Positions 24,936 through 41,300 of a stretch of DNA of 64,000 nucleotides are shown here, piece after piece. Made by a program: the position numbers and the translations under genes. The notes under the pieces are model-generated. The model ran no database searches, was not told the DNA's origin, and was given only the letters and a program-made list of their open reading frames with translations. The stretch is from the NCBI GenBank assembly GCA_964016885.1, contig OZ024743.1, positions 296,298,001 to 296,362,000 of the forward strand. The letters are read 5' to 3'. The stretch's first letter is position 1; each line of letters opens with the position of its first letter. The DNA is from Eledone cirrhosa (Eukaryota).

Positions 24936-26973
24936 GCCAACAGAACCTGGGATTTAAGCATGTGATTAGACCCTCTTGTACTCTCAGCCTTGCAATCTGA
25001 GTTGTTTAAATCCATATAAAACCGTGATAAACTTCAGCCTTTGTTCAACCAGTACAAGCATGAGAGATGTGGACGTAAAGCCAACGGAAATAAATTATAA
25101 TGAGTCACTATGCAAATAACTTAGAAAATGCTGAAAATAGTTGATAATTTAACAAGCAGTGCCAAAATGTATGAAATAAAAACTGAAATATTTGATTTCC
25201 ATTAACTTCATGATGTCTTGTAGATTTTCACAAATTATACCATTATGAAAGCACGTAGTATTTGGCGAAATGTTTACCTAAAAAACAAATGTAATTGCAG
25301 TTTCTTGAACTTTGTTAAATGTTCAAGATATTTCTAGTAGCTAGTATGCCACATTATTAATCATCGAATGAATTAAAAGGACAATTTAAGATTGAATGAT
25401 TAAAAGAAATGTAATTGGATTTTGTGCTATGTAAACAAAGATTGTATCAACGTAAATAGAGGTTGATTAGATATAAAATATATAACTAATGTAAGCATAA
25501 ACGATCGATCTTATAATATTAGAGTTTTGTGTCTCTAAGATGTCTCTTGTAACTGCTTCAAGAAATATTAAGAACATTTTGGAATGTATATATCAAATGT
25601 TGCTATGTGTAGCCACATTGCAAAAGAAACAGTATTTCTATACTTTTTTCTGTATAGACAAAAAAAGAAGCACAGTTCCCAAAACTCTTTCATGGTCTTC
25701 GATAGTGGAGGGAGGGAGATGGAAAGAGAGAAGGCGGCAGGTATCCTCAAACTGGAGACCTGTCCCGAATACTTGCAACAGAGCGGACAGAAGGCCAGGT
25801 GGTAGCATTAAACTTGGTGACAGATCAAGTCTACTACCTATGTAGGCCAAAGCGAGATGTGATTTGAGGGACAGTCAGAACAAATACCGCAAAGTATTTC
25901 ATCCAACATTCTAATAATCCCATCAATTACAGACGTACACCGCCCTAGATGGATACATTACTTCATAGACCTGCTACCCTTCTACAAATGTGAAAGACAA
26001 AATGGAGCTCAGTTTGATATGATCTAAGAACGTAAAGGGCCTGAAAAGATACTATAAAATATTTTGTCCTAAGTTGTCATACCTCTAATTGGACCTCTTG
26101 TACCAATGTGTCACTCTTGATAAGAAAGAATGGTAAGTGTATAGGTCTATTCACAAATTATCAGCAATATTTTCAAATAGTAGGAGACAATTTTTCATAT
26201 TCTAATATTTTTGGTTCCACATATATAATTATATTAGTTTGATGATTTTGAAGATATTGTAATCGTCTTGATATGACAAGACTGTTGACACATCTGAAGG
26301 AGGAACAAAGATGCATTTGGGATCATGGCACAGTCGTAGTATTGGCTGTTGGTTAAGAAGTAATTAACGGTCAAATTCATAATGGAAATTATTAATAATT
26401 AATTAATGATCATTGCAATGGAGAAAATATTTAGATTTTCAATTAAAACATTCATGATTAATTTCTAGGTGAGAGATTTATGGCTGTAGATTAGACCCCC
26501 CTCAATCACACAATCTTAATACAGTATAAGAAAAGTGGTAACATAAATATTTGAGACAAAGTTATAGGGATATGACTTCAACTTCATAGACGAATAAGTT
26601 CTGTAAAATTCAGTCAGGCTGCAATCGATGTCATATCTCATTAGGTGGGCATAAACGTGAACAAAATAATTATCATTAACATAGTAACATATTAGTATAT
26701 TTACGTTTTGTTCCGCTTGTAAATATATTGCTTTCTGTTTCTCAACAGAAGATGTCAGCATTAGCTTTGGAATTGAATCAAAACACTGTTTCTTAAAAAA
26801 TCTACGAGGAGCCTGCAGCATTTTGGTAAATATACATATTTATATATAATAATAAGGAGTTGACGGACCCAGTATAGTCATCAATGCTAGGACCGGTTGT
26901 ATCTCAGTGTACTCAATAGGTAATGTAGGATACATTCCCAGAGTATACACATATATATATGCGTGTGTGTGTG

Positions 26974-27004
<31 letters not shown>

Positions 27005-27008
27005 ATAC

Positions 27009-27068
<60 letters not shown>

Positions 27069-27837
27069 ACATACATACATACATACATATATATATATAT
27101 ATGTACGTACTGAATTGGCCTCACTATTATTACCACTTATTTTTAAAAATATGAAGATGAAAAGCTAACCTGGCGCCGATGAAATCTGAACTCAAAGAAC
27201 GATAAAGCTAAATATTTTAAAGTGCTTCTACGGCGTGTTACGTTTCACACCATCAACAACCTTTCCTTTAAATACATATTAATTACGAGAATCTTCTATA
27301 CAAAATATCATATTTAATTTAGTGTTTACATCTTCGATTATATATGAAATTGGATAAAATTCTATAGTGGCTGAATTTCATCGATTTAATATGAAAACAT
27401 TGAGATCAAGAGGTGAAGAGTGAAAATTCGACTCTTTATAATCACGCCAAGAATTTGACCTCCTCATTTTTGTTTTAAATGTTATATCATAAAATCGGCT
27501 ATGCTAGCAGAGAGAGCGTTTACTTGACCAGACTGCTGCTTTTTATCAGCGTATATGAGATTATCAAAAGGTCGATACGAGGTTGGCGAATGAGTAAGAG
27601 AAATGTGCTGACTGTGATGGAGGGGGCAGATACTTAAGCGAATATTGTTGCTTTCATGAAGACAGTTTTATCACCAGCATTAACAATTTACTTTTCAATC
27701 CCCATCAATATTTAATCAACCTATCGATTTCGATGATAGAAAATGGAAATAGCGTATCGATCGTTTATCTACTCGAAGGTCAATAGCTGCTTTGATTTCT
27801 TTGCTCCTATGTTATAGTTAGTATGGGGAATTTCGAT

Positions 27838-27915
27838 AAGTTTGTTTGTTTGTTTGTTTGTTTGTTTGTTTGTTTGTTTGTTTGTTTGTTTGTTTGTTTG
27901 TTTGCTTGTTTGTTG
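27838..27915. repeat. (GTTT)n microsatellite
   Basis: Direct reading. Confidence 0.95.
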
Positions 27916-29774
27916 TTTTCAAATTTAATAACTTGCTTCACGCCGTTATCACTGCACATTGAATTATAGAACAATAAAACGACCCAATGTTATTTATCTT
28001 CTCTCCAGATTTTCCTTCAAGGAAGAATGAAGCTGACCAATAATTTGGCAGGCACGTATCTCATTTAGAAAGATAATCGTTTATTGATGCTTTTATGTGT
28101 TATCATTAGTATAAAATAAGTTATATCCAGGTTCTTCCAACTAATCATGATAAGGCTGATTGGTAGTGTGGTTTAGAAGATAGAAGTTTTGCGGTTAGTG
28201 TTATCGCATTTTTCCGTTATTATTGCGTTATGCCGAACGTTCTCCGACGTGGAGCCATGGAGATTTGAGATTTGAATATTATTTTTAGCAAATTGAGCGA
28301 CATTATAGCTGCTTCCTTGTTCATTTTATACGAATGTGGAGAAATAGACAAGAAAGAAAAGATTACAGTAAAGATTTTAAAGTATTTTCCCTCAATGTTC
28401 TGAATATAAATTCAGAATGAATTCGTTGTTGAATTTTATCTCTCACGTGATGACATTTTTTTTTTTTATTACCACCAATTTTGGTGGGTAGATTTAATCA
28501 AATACATTCTTTACATATCGATTAGAATCATCACGTGTGAATCGAATGCGGTGACAGAATATTAAATAAATAAAACAATTATGCGGATAAGTTAAGAAAG
28601 TAAACATTTCGTACTGAAGAAATCTGAATGTATATGTTTACATAATAGTCATTAAGTTTTGTTCTTTTTTTACCAATTTAGTCTAGCAGAAGGAGCTGTG
28701 CTCATAGAAAGCAGTGTGCCCATACCCATCATAGATACTCCGAAATCGGTGACATTGTTATTATAAACATTCCGCTTAAACATGTTTTAAGAGATCACTA
28801 CAAACATTCAAGCCAGGTTTCCAGTTTGAGGGCACCTCTTCCCACCCATCAGTTTCGGGGTCGTGAAAAAGATGATGAGCACTGCCTCTCATCCCTGACT
28901 AATCAGTATAAAAAAGGCAACAGCTACAGGAAAGACATGTATATGTAACGAATTATGAGAACCGACATTCTGGGAAGAAAGGACTTGACGTGTTGGATTG
29001 TACGGGGCTTGTCAGGTTGGACATAATGTGAGTGATATGTGGAGAGACGTGTTAGCTGAGAGTGCCTGATTGAAGGTGACGCGAGACAAGCCAGTTCCGA
29101 GGAGTAGGGGACATGATAGTGGTATAAAAGGAGACAGCACATTTGTGGGCTACATTTTAGAGTGTTTCTAGGGGTGAGTTCTTTCAATCAGTCTGATATC
29201 TTTTCTCAGGAAGGTGTATGAGCATATATGTGTGTTAGTGTGTGTAAGGGAGAGAGAGAGGTAATGGGAAAGATTTCATGTCAATCATTCGAGAAGATTT
29301 TTTTAGAAGTGATCTAAGATGTGCATGTGCATGTGTGTGGATATGTGCTCAAATGTGTGGATATGTGTGTGCATGTGTGTGTGTATGTGTATGAGTGTGG
29401 AAGCAGCAAAATCCAGAAGTGGGTCTCACTGAAAATTTTTAGAGTCTTATTATTTGATCTAACTACATAGAGCGCAACAGATTTCTTCTTCGTATTAAAT
29501 TCTTATACTGGACCTTAAAAAATTAACTTGAATTATAAGGTCGTGGTTTCGATTCCTGGACAACGTGGCCCGTTGTGTACTTAAGTAAATCACTATATTT
29601 TACGTTACTCTTCGTGACAGAAGAGGAGCCTATCATTAAAACACCTGGAAAATCTCTTGAAAGTTGCAACTAGGTAGGAGGCAGTTAAATCTGCATAGAT
29701 GTGATCGTTTAGCCTTAATCATAAGCATATACCATTTCAATAACAAATTAGAAATTGATTAAATTTTATTCAAG

Positions 29775-29868
<94 letters not shown>

Positions 29869-30059
29869 TCTCTCTCCCTCCTCAAGGGTGGAGCCATAAG
29901 TTGATTGGCAGATGGATTGTAGAGGGGAGCTCTGTGGTTACACCAAAATAAGAACTAAAGCAAAAAAATGTCAAATGGTTAAATAAATTGTATAGCAAGA
30001 ATACAATGAAATTGGAACAGTCACTGGGTCATCTATATTGTTATCTATATTGTTATTAT

Positions 30060-31270
30060 AAACAGAATTCTTAAGGAGGTCGGGTTAGCCAGCATTTATA
30101 TCGGTGTTCCCTTAAATGAATTATTTCTTAAATTTTATGGCTCTGATGGTTTGTTAATGTAGGTCTGTCAACACTGCCCAACATTCATATTTGTGTTTTC
30201 AATTTGCTCTATCAAGATGTACTTGGAGGGGGTGGGAGCTAAATAAAGTTCTATGTAAGTGTAAGAATTGTGTTGCTATTGGCTGTAGGTCTTGTGTAAT
30301 AGAGTGGTTCTGTGTTTTTTTTTATAATTTAAATAATTTAGACTGGTGTTGCCAGCGTATTTGCTATGCCTTTGGTTGGTTATGTAATGTTGTTGGCTAT
30401 TGCTAAATGCTGTATATGTTGGTTTCGAATTATGTGGTATCGTTATACTTACCATTTTGTATGCCTTATTCTATAGGAAAGGTTTTGGCGTTGCTGTTGA
30501 TGTATTAGTATTGTGCAATAGAGTACTTCTCTTGATTTGGTGAATCATTAGTGTTGTATGGGGGTTCTTTTGAGGGTTATTGGGTTTTGTATTGTGGGTA
30601 TTTGATGTATGCCTTTAATTGTGTGTGTATACCTTCTTTCACTATTGCGGTAGAGTGTAATTATTGGTTCCTCATTATGTGGTGTCAGTATATTTATTTT
30701 TATCTGTGTGTTATGGCGCTATTGTTGGTTTAATTATACAATTATGTAGGGATATCTGATTCTTTCCTGTTTGTAGGAGTTATATTTGGATGGCTTTCAT
30801 GTCTAGCTCGAGAGTTTCGTCGTGTTTTTTCTGGGCTGGATTACGAAAGTTGTGTTGATGTTGAACATTTTTATGAGCTCTTTTCGTACCCTGCCTGTGT
30901 TTTGGAGGTTGTAGCTGGTGAAGGTTACTCGTCCGTCCTCGCGATACAGCCTCCTTCATAGGGAAAGAAACCGCTCTATCATTTTCTGAATGATTTAAAG
31001 GCCAATCATGTCTGTTACATTCGACTGGTCCGTTCTTCCCATACTAATGTCAAAAGGGCCGTTTGGAGACAGTTTGATCTATGGTGATTTTTCATATAGT
31101 AGGACAGTTTTATTGGAGTTGATCATGATGTTGATATTCTGGTTGGTGATTGGAGTGACCCTACAAACGTATTCTAATACTGCTTCCAGTAATGGTTTTG
31201 TAATCGATGTGTAGTAGTTTTCTGTCAAATCCTATAAACATGTTGTTTGGTTTGACATTGATTAGTTGGA
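30060..31270 (-). mobile_element. Highly degraded Penelope-like element
   Basis: Minus translation FDISMGRTDQSNVTDMIGL (cf. FDVTMGSxDGAExxxLVGL) at ~31000-31060 and LYREDG (cf. LYRDDG) at ~30935-30950. Confidence 0.6.
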
Positions 31271-31295
31271 ACCAGTGAATGACTTCCTGTGTGCT

Positions 31296-31357
<62 letters not shown>

Positions 31358-31387
31358 TGTCTGTATGTCTATATATATGTGTGTGTG

Positions 31388-31445
<58 letters not shown>

Positions 31446-31953
31446 TGTCTGTATGTCTATATATATATATATAGGTGTGTGCGTGTGTATGTGTCCTATA
31501 CATACATAATATATACTTGGCATATCAGTATCTTCGATATTTCATGCACGTAAGATAGATTCCGGTACAAGGAAGTGTGATGTCATAGATTCGTGTCCAA
31601 GGGAGAAAAGTCATTCATGGAATTTTTTTTTTTCGTTTGGTTACATAATAAAACACATCATATTCTAAACATAGAAATTTATATGCATCAAAAATCACGG
31701 CATTCGCTGTTTTCTCCAAAACTTAGACATTTGTCAACAACTATGGAAAAATTAGAGATTCATCGGACTTGATGCACAGGAATGACATTCTCGAATAACA
31801 TACTAACTTAAAAAAAACATTATATTCTAAAAAAAACAGCATTGTGATATCTGTCATTTCTGAGACTCCCTAATGTGTTTTAGATGCATCAGTGCATAGA
31901 TTTACATTAGAAAATTTTACATTTTTCACAACTTTATTACTTATAAACACACA

Positions 31954-32412
<459 letters not shown>

Positions 32413-33034
32413 ATAGATATGGGGGGGGTGTTTGAGTGTGTGTGGGTGTATGTCTCTCTATATAAATATATGTATCTACATACACATAGATATGTTTGTG
32501 TGTATGTATGTATGTATTTTATAATTCAAGATAAACAAGACAAACTTATAGATTCGATAGCATAAATAAGTTCTTATTAGATTCACACATGTTGGAAAAG
32601 GAAAGTGAATGTTTCAATGTATCGAATGTTAGTCCTTCATCAGCAAAGAGCAAAGATCGAAGAAAAGCTTGTTGTGCGGTTTCAAAAAAGAATAATGATG
32701 AGTAAGAAAAAAGCTTTTATCAGGATGGCTGAAGTGTCATGCAAGTATTCCACCGTGTGAGGGATGGAGGCCGAGGTGGAATGCCCGGGCCTATCATTGA
32801 TACAGATATGAGTGTGTAGACGGAGTGTATTCCGTGAGTGTGAGTGCCATTGGTGTTATTACATCTTTGTGTGTGTGTCGTTCGGTCTATGTGTGTTTCT
32901 GTGTGTCCTCACTAGGGTATGTGTATGTGTACGTGTGTGTTTTTGTGTGTGTTTATGTATGAATGTGCGTAAGTGTACACGTGCGTATATATGTGTATGT
33001 GTTTATGTATTAGTGTGTATGTTTGTGGGTGATA

Positions 33035-33065
<31 letters not shown>

Positions 33066-35996
33066 TTGAGTGAGATTCTATTGTTATTGGGGTGTATGTG
33101 TGAATATATGTATGTGTGTGTATATATATAAGTATACGTGACTGCCTGTTTCTGTATGGAGAAGAGAGAGATATCCAGAGCCTGTATATATGTATGTGTG
33201 TGGGGGGGGGGTGTATGTGTGTGTGTGTGTACGTGCAACTCAGGATAATTGTTTGTTTTTATATATAAACAAAGATGTCAGATTTTGACTGAATAAATAA
33301 CTCGGTACCTGTTTGGAGTTTAGTATTTATTGTAAAGTTTTGACAGTGACTTCAAAAATGTTAGTGTAGTACATCAGTTTTGTTTTGTTATGGTGTTTAT
33401 CTGGTTTCTTGTGTCATTGTAGTGTTGGACATATTGAAGCTCTCTAGTTAATGTTGGTAAAGAAAACATCAGTAGTAGGTCTCTTTCCTACATACCAATT
33501 CCAATGGTCTCTAAATCTTTCACTAATAATCTGAGCAGCCTCTACCGTGTAAGTTATGCAGTATATAGTATTTCTTACCTTGCAGTTGTTTTAACAAGCG
33601 TTACTGTCAAAATCATAAAACTTCCTTATGCCTTAAATCCTTGATCTTAAGGTTAGTTTCTCGGAGGATTTTTCTAAACTTATTTGTTAATTTGAAAATA
33701 GATAGAGTTAGCTATGCGTTGTATAATTACTATTATGTTTCTCATCTCACCGTCAGTGTGCAGAATATTTTCACAACAAGGTTAATGGCAAAATAATGAG
33801 AGTATTTCGCTACGTTAATATTATGATCAGTTAATTTATGTCTAACAATATCATGAAAATATTAACATTGTCTTCGGCAATTTCAACCTCGGTCGCACCG
33901 CCTTTTACTTGTTTAGAAAGTTAAATACGTGGTTTAGCAAACATATAGTTTATGTTGATTCTTGGGCTAATATCAACTGCATGTGCGATCATGTTTCTGT
34001 GAATATCTAGTAGGCGCGGTTTCGTCAGGTACAACTGAACCAGCATTCATTTGGCAAATGAAATATTAGTCATAGAGATTTCAGTTTTTACTCTAAAAAT
34101 ATATCATACATAGAACATATGATATATTCATCTATTCACATACAGAAACACGCGAAGTTTTCGCTATCATATTCATAAAACCATCAAAAGAAAGGGGGCG
34201 ACTATTATTAATTATATTTTAGTGTAGATAAATAAGTGCATGTTTTCATTGTGTGAACATCCTTTAGTTTATGGCAAATCCATTATGTGAAAAATGGATT
34301 TTTTCAACTATTATTTTTAATGCTCGTCTATTATTATGGACATTTATGTTAGGACGCACACATTTCAAATTTCAAATATTCCCAATACTTGTTAACTCAC
34401 TCGGCAATCAAAAGAGGCAGAGTTCGATTCCTAAAAAGAGTTTCCGTCTCCAGGTGTACCTTGCCAGATTCTCTCAACTACTTTTGATAGTGATCGATTG
34501 TTATTATGTTTATTCACGTTGGTATGCACACATTTCAAATACATATTCATAGTACATATGTTTTGAGAATCTTTTTTAAAACTTTTTTATAACCATTTGT
34601 TTCACTGTTATTTTCAAGAGAAACCTTATATTGATAAACTAATCATTTCGAAGGACGCATGTTGAGAGGACAGATATTAGTGTTGTTGATATTACATAGA
34701 AGAGTAGTTTTACATGCTGACATTGGAAAATGTTCTCCTATTTATATTGGATTTGAAAGCAGTGGAGTTTTAGTTTAACTTTAGCTCACCTTAACAATGT
34801 TTTTGTTAAAGATCGGAAAATATTCCTATAAAAAGGATTTAGGAGATTTTCGAGTGTGTGAGGGGAGATCTGAAGCACAGCATTTGAGGATAAGGGAAAG
34901 GAAAATACCTGGGCCGTAGATATTGTTAGGTATGAAATTATTTCAAGCTCGAATAGGTGCTGACATGCTACAAAGGGTGTAAAAGATACACACTTGAGTA
35001 CTCCTCACATTTTAGAAACGCTGAAGATGAATTATCGTGTGGCTGGTTGAAAATTAAATGAAATTTATAGCTCACATTTATGTAGGTTAAGCTGGCCTCC
35101 TACGCGTTTGAATCCCTCAAAAGATTTCTCGAGTGTTTATATGATAGGGAACTTAGACATATGACGAAAAGCAGCATAATGGACCGCCCAGTCCAAGAAT
35201 CGAATTCACTAACATTTGTTCGTGAGTTCAACAACCTAAACACTATGCCAACACCTTCACTATGTCAGGATTTGGCAAAATCTCTCTTATCAAGATATCC
35301 TCATCAGCAAACATTTAGTTAATATTGAGATATAAGCCTGAATAAGATATAATTGAAATAATTAATTTTACATATGTTTCTAATCATAGTCGTTGGCGCG
35401 TCACATTAAACATCTCAGAATTTGCTCCGGCTCCCTGTGCTCTGAATTCAAATCTCACTGAGGTCAGCTTTGCTTTCCATTATTTCGAGGGAAATAAATC
35501 AAAGTGCTCCCATCAGGAGCGTTGGGTTGGCGGATAATTTACAGTAACTGTTCCAGTTTTGTGCGTTCTGAGTTCAAATCCAATGTTTTGCCACCTGATA
35601 TGTGGCGCAACTTTTCCCTAGATGTAATCAATAAACGGAAAACCAATGGAAACATGTTCCTTTGCCCAAAAATACACAAAGCAAAAAACGATCTGACGAT
35701 CGTTTTTTGCTTTGTGTATTTTTCATTTCCATTACTGATATCACTAATAAACTGGTTTATACCCCTCTGACCTTACAGTTTACATACCAGCATCACAAAA
35801 ATCGACTTATTTGCTCTCTTATCATCGTCTCTGTAATCATTTATGCATTGTTTCATATAAATGTCCAATACACTCATTCATTAGTTTGTTGAGCAACGGC
35901 TTTGATGCTTGTGTGCCCTTCTATGCATAATTAAAAAACAAAATAACACCTATATATATAGGTGTTATATATATAGGTGTTATATATATATAGGTG

Positions 35997-36060
<64 letters not shown>

Positions 36061-36113
36061 ATAGATATATATGTGTGTGTGTGTGTGTGTGTGAGTCCCG
36101 GGTTCTATATTAA

Positions 36114-36152
<39 letters not shown>

Positions 36153-36867
36153 AATTTATTTCACAATTAGTTGAAACGGATATTAATGCAATTTGGGAGG
36201 GCCAGTCCTTCAATAAAACACGCGCATCACTCTAGTTTTAGTTCACATCCGCTTATTACTAATTCATTGATATTTCAAAGGCTTTCGGAGAAATCATTGG
36301 GAAGGTGAATAATCAATTAGTAAAGAATGGACAAGACTACAAACACTGTATGTCTTTTTATTGTCACTATGTCCCTCCCAATATACAAATAAACACCAAC
36401 ACTATTAAATATGTATATTATATGTATATAGGTGTGTCTGTGAATGTCTGTGTTATTGGTTTTTACACACACATATATATATATATGTGTGTGTGTGTGT
36501 GTATATATATATGTGTGTGTGTGTATATATATATGTGTGTGTGTGTGTGTGAAGTGTGTAAAAACAATTACAGGTGGCGCGCCGTGTCTTTGTCCATATA
36601 AGCTCGCATATCTGATGAGATGTCGAAAAAGAGTCGGGCCCCGTCACCTTCCATATTATAAATGTAATATGCAAATAAAGTTCGTACGTATGCTGCAACA
36701 CTGACATCGACTATTTTAAATCTCTCTCTGTATATATCCGTATGTAGTAAGACGACTCGGAGAAAAGTGTACCCAGTACCTACAGTGAGTCTTGTTAATC
36801 TGGAGTTTCGCCTGTTTATCACAGCTACAACCAGCAACTCGTTTATTACCTATATATATGCTTACTA

Positions 36868-36954
<87 letters not shown>

Positions 36955-37206
36955 ATATATATACATACATATATACACACACACACATATATATATATAC
37001 ACACACATATATATATACTTACACTTATATATACTCGTGAGCATTCACTCACATAAGTACATGGTGATAGAAAGAGTGAGATATATAAATAGATAGATAC
37101 ATCGATAGATAGATTAGATAGATAGATAGATAGATAGGTAGGTAGATAGATAGATAGATGGATAAATAAATGCACAAACAAAAAATATTCTTATATATAT
37201 ATATAT

Positions 37207-37342
<136 letters not shown>

Positions 37343-37843
37343 ACACTTTCACGTATGAATATCATACAATGTGATAGCCTACCGGCGAGCACACACACAT
37401 ACACATGGACACACACATTCACACACACACACACACATATATTCACACATACATAACATACGTATATAAGAAACAAAACCACACTCAAAAACATCAAAAG
37501 CGTAGAAAGACTTTTTATTTCCCCTTTTTTCTGGCATCAGTCATTATCGTTTTATTGATTTATATCTGGTGGAGAGTTCGAGTTTTGACAGTGTGGAGCT
37601 AATTTATCGGTCCCCAAGTTATGTTAACAGTTGCAGATCGTTGCAAATTTTGTACGGTTCGGAGAACAGCAGTCCACTTCTGCTTATGTCTCCCATTACC
37701 AATAACAGAGCTGTTCAGCACCACCCATCACCCCTAGCGATACATAAGGAGGTGCGCAGTTATGAGGTTAGTGAATGGGATGGAAACAGGCTGTTAACTG
37801 ACATCGTGTGTGTATATACATATATACAGATATATGTATATGC

Positions 37844-37885
<42 letters not shown>

Positions 37886-37921
37886 TTATAAAAAATGAAA
37901 TAGATATACTTATATGCATAG

Positions 37922-37954
<33 letters not shown>

Positions 37955-37986
37955 CCTATATTTTATATATATACATATATATATAA

Positions 37987-38052
<66 letters not shown>

Positions 38053-38327
38053 TTTTGTGTACTTATATATATGTGTGTGCGTGTTTATGTATATGTATAT
38101 ATATATATATACGCACACACACACATATATATAGTAGTAATAGTAAATGATGTGTATAGGCTTTAATAATCTATTACCATTATTTCAAATGAACTGCTAT
38201 ACCTGGCACTCGCTTTAACATTCAAAGAGAAATTGAACTCATTGTCATCAAATTGACTCCCACATGACCTTTATAAACTCGATAAATCAATATTTCACCC
38301 ACGTTCATATACAAGAGCATATATGTT

Positions 38328-38454
<127 letters not shown>

Positions 38455-39272
38455 TATATTATTTTATATTATATTTATACATGTATATATATATATGTGG
38501 GTGTGTGGATGTATTGTTAAGAAAAGACACATTATTTCTGTACATACCTAGATGTCTTACACTCTCCCGTATTCACTTTTACTCTTATATGCAGCTACGA
38601 AATAAAATAACAGACACACACAACCACAAAGTTCCTAACCATAAAATTTATCTTTTCGCTTATTTTTATATTGATCTGATTTAAGCACAAAACCAAATGC
38701 TGTAAGCGTTAAGAAAGAAAGATAATTGTAAATTTAAAGTGTATCGCTGGTACTTGTTTATTAAAATCCCTCAAAATTAACATTCATCACACAGAGTAAT
38801 GAAACGAATATACGAAACGAACACTGAGAAACAAAACTAAATAGTATGTTTCATTTAGCCTGGCTTTCTTAAACCTCTGTTATTTTCCAGCAATTTCTCC
38901 GTCTAATTTTAGATGATTTATTTCCTTGAGGCATTTGACACTTCTTTCTTGCAAAATGCCTTATATATAATAAGGGATTGAAAAAGTAACATTCTATCAT
39001 TTCTTTACAGCAGAGGTTTCCAAAGTGGTCAATATCCGTGAGACTACCCGCAGTATCGATTGAACTTTTGGGCCCAAAGCTATCATTTGTATTAGAAATA
39101 TAAATACATAAAATAATTGTTTCTACAATTGTTTCTACTTTTGGCTCGACGGGATTTGAACTCGGTGTCAGACGCTCTACCGATACTGCCAATCCACCAC
39201 CCTATGTCGAAAATACTTAAAACAATACAATAAAGTTATACATGCTTATACAGGTTTCTGATTTATATATGA

Positions 39273-40184
39273 CTAGCAGTAAAGCCCGGCGTTGCTCGGG
39301 GTCGCTCAGTAGCTGTGTTAAAGTTACAATGTTAAGTTTCTTTTTTGGCTTAAAAACTGTAGTGTCTACTGTGCAGACTTGCATGTGGTGTTTTTGATTA
39401 ATATTCCCTCAACCAACAATATACCTTATGAAGTTAAGAAAACATAACGATAACCCGAATGTTATAACAAAAGAGGATGCTGGGGATAAAAACTGCACTG
39501 GTTATTTATTAACAAAGATCGAAAATGTAAACACTGCAACGCAGAGAAAAACATTAGCGTAACCAAATTATCAGTTATGTTTGTCTGCACGCCTATATCA
39601 CCTCTCTGCACGACTGTCTGTCTGCACGCCTATATCACCTCTCTGCACGACTGTCTGTCTGCACGCCTATATCACCTCTCTGCACGACTGTCTGTCTGCA
39701 CGCCTATATCACCTCTCTGCACGACTGTCTGTCTGCACGACTGTCTGTCTGCACGCCTAACGACGAAATATTTGCTTGTTTTACGTAGTCTTTAAATAGA
39801 CTTGTTTTCAAGTAAAAATATTGTTTTAAAATGCTTTTAAATGGAAATGAAGCAAAACGGAAGCTTAGTGTTCGAACTGATGAATTTTGCAGGTCAATAT
39901 TTTGCTGGCTCGACAACTGTTAAAGCCAGCGTAATTTTTTACGTAAGACGCTCAATGTAAACAGAACAAAGGGAAATAACTGATCACTTACGCTCAAAAA
40001 TCGATACATTATATTCGATTTCGTCACATAGGGTGGGTCAATTTGAAATTTTTTTTTCCGATGTCTTCGCTAGGGCTCAATGTACAAGTATAGCAATTTC
40101 GGTGCAATTCCGTGAGAGATTCTAAGAGGAGATGTGTGCCAAAAATCGATAGACATCAGACAACTACAGTTTTATATATATAGA
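39273..40184 (-). mobile_element. Non-autonomous Helitron (912 bp)
   Basis: Minus strand A|TCTATATATATAAAA ... hairpin CCCGAGCAACGCCGGG ... CTAG|T, inserted in an AT dinucleotide without TSD. Confidence 0.85.
39582..39757. repeat. 37-bp minisatellite, four full copies plus partial
   Basis: Unit CTGCACGCCTATATCACCTCTCTGCACGACTGTCTGT. Confidence 0.95.
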
Positions 40185-40224
40185 TTAGTTTTAATTATCA
40201 TATTTTTTAATTCTCTTTACTGTT

Positions 40225-41300
40225 TTATTTATTTACTTAAAAGTCCATAGGCTGACAATGACGGAGTGAGGCTAAAGCTGTGAAATCTTGCACGCATTAA
40301 TTTCAACTCATTTTCGTTCCAGGTAAACTGATATCTAACTGCTCAAAGAAGACTTCAAATGTAGCCAGTAGCGACTTCTCTTGAACATGGACAACGTTTG
40401 ACATCGTGGTCTTATCAAGTACCTGCAGTGAAAGGGCTTAGGTCCCAAAGATATTCATGCTGACATGGTTGCTACATTAGAGGATGATGCTCCAGCTTTA
40501 TCAAAAGTGCAAAAGTTAGCAGCTGGATTTAGGAGAGAAAAGGAGAATCTTAAATATGACCCAAGTTCAGGACGTCTTGTAACTGCTACCACCGAGAAAA
40601 ACATTGATCGTGTTCACCACATGGTGATGGATGACAGGCGGTTGATTATATATCAAATAGCCAATACTATTAACATATCCCGTAGGAAAGTTGAGAATAT
40701 TCTGCACCATGAACTTGGCATGACGAAGGTTTCTGACACGTGATCAAAAGCGCACCTGGCTGATCACATCAAAGAAAACCTGAGATTGTATGTGGCAGAT
40801 CCAGCTGTTTCTTTGAACGTTTTCTAACCCAGCATGAGTATTGGGTTCGTCACTTTGAGCCAGAGACAAAGAAACAATTCATGCAGTGGAAATGCCCCTT
40901 CTGACCTCCCAAATAAGGCCAAGGTCGTTTCATCAGCAGGAAAGTGGATGACCTCAGTGTTTGGGGATGGAAAAGCATTGTTTATTAACTAATATCAAAA
41001 GAGCCACACCATCAATGAAGAGTACTATGCCAAATTGTTGAGGCAGTTACGAAATGCTACCAAGACTAAACGCCCAGGAAAACTGACGAAAAGTGTTTTG
41101 TTTCATCAGGACAATGCTCCAGCACATATGTCCTTCGTTCCGATGGCTGTTGTGCGTGACTGTGGCTTTGAACTGGTTGATCACCCTCCTTATTCATCTG
41201 ATTTTGCCCCCTCTGACTATTAGCTGTTCCCCAGCGTGAATAAACACTTGGCTGGGACCAGTATCGCAGTGATGATGACGTCATATCTGCTGATTCTTCC
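40225..41300 (+). mobile_element. Mariner-like transposase pseudogene
   Basis: HTH region DDAPALSKVQK..GFR...SGR; FHQDNAPAH and HPPYSSDFAPSDY motifs; many frameshifts. Confidence 0.9.

Noticed and set aside
32600-32650. Minus-strand CTGATGA-aggactaacattc candidate
   Set aside because: Too decayed; no stem I or III; at best a relic
36606-36640. CTGATGA-gatgtc-GAAA minimal hammerhead candidate
   Set aside because: No stem I complementarity
36790-36842. Minus-strand stem II plus GAAA resembling a hammerhead
   Set aside because: CUGANGA box absent; kept only as a possible relic
39582-39757. 37-bp repeats of CRISPR-like length
   Set aside because: No spacers, no cas genes, eukaryotic Helitron context
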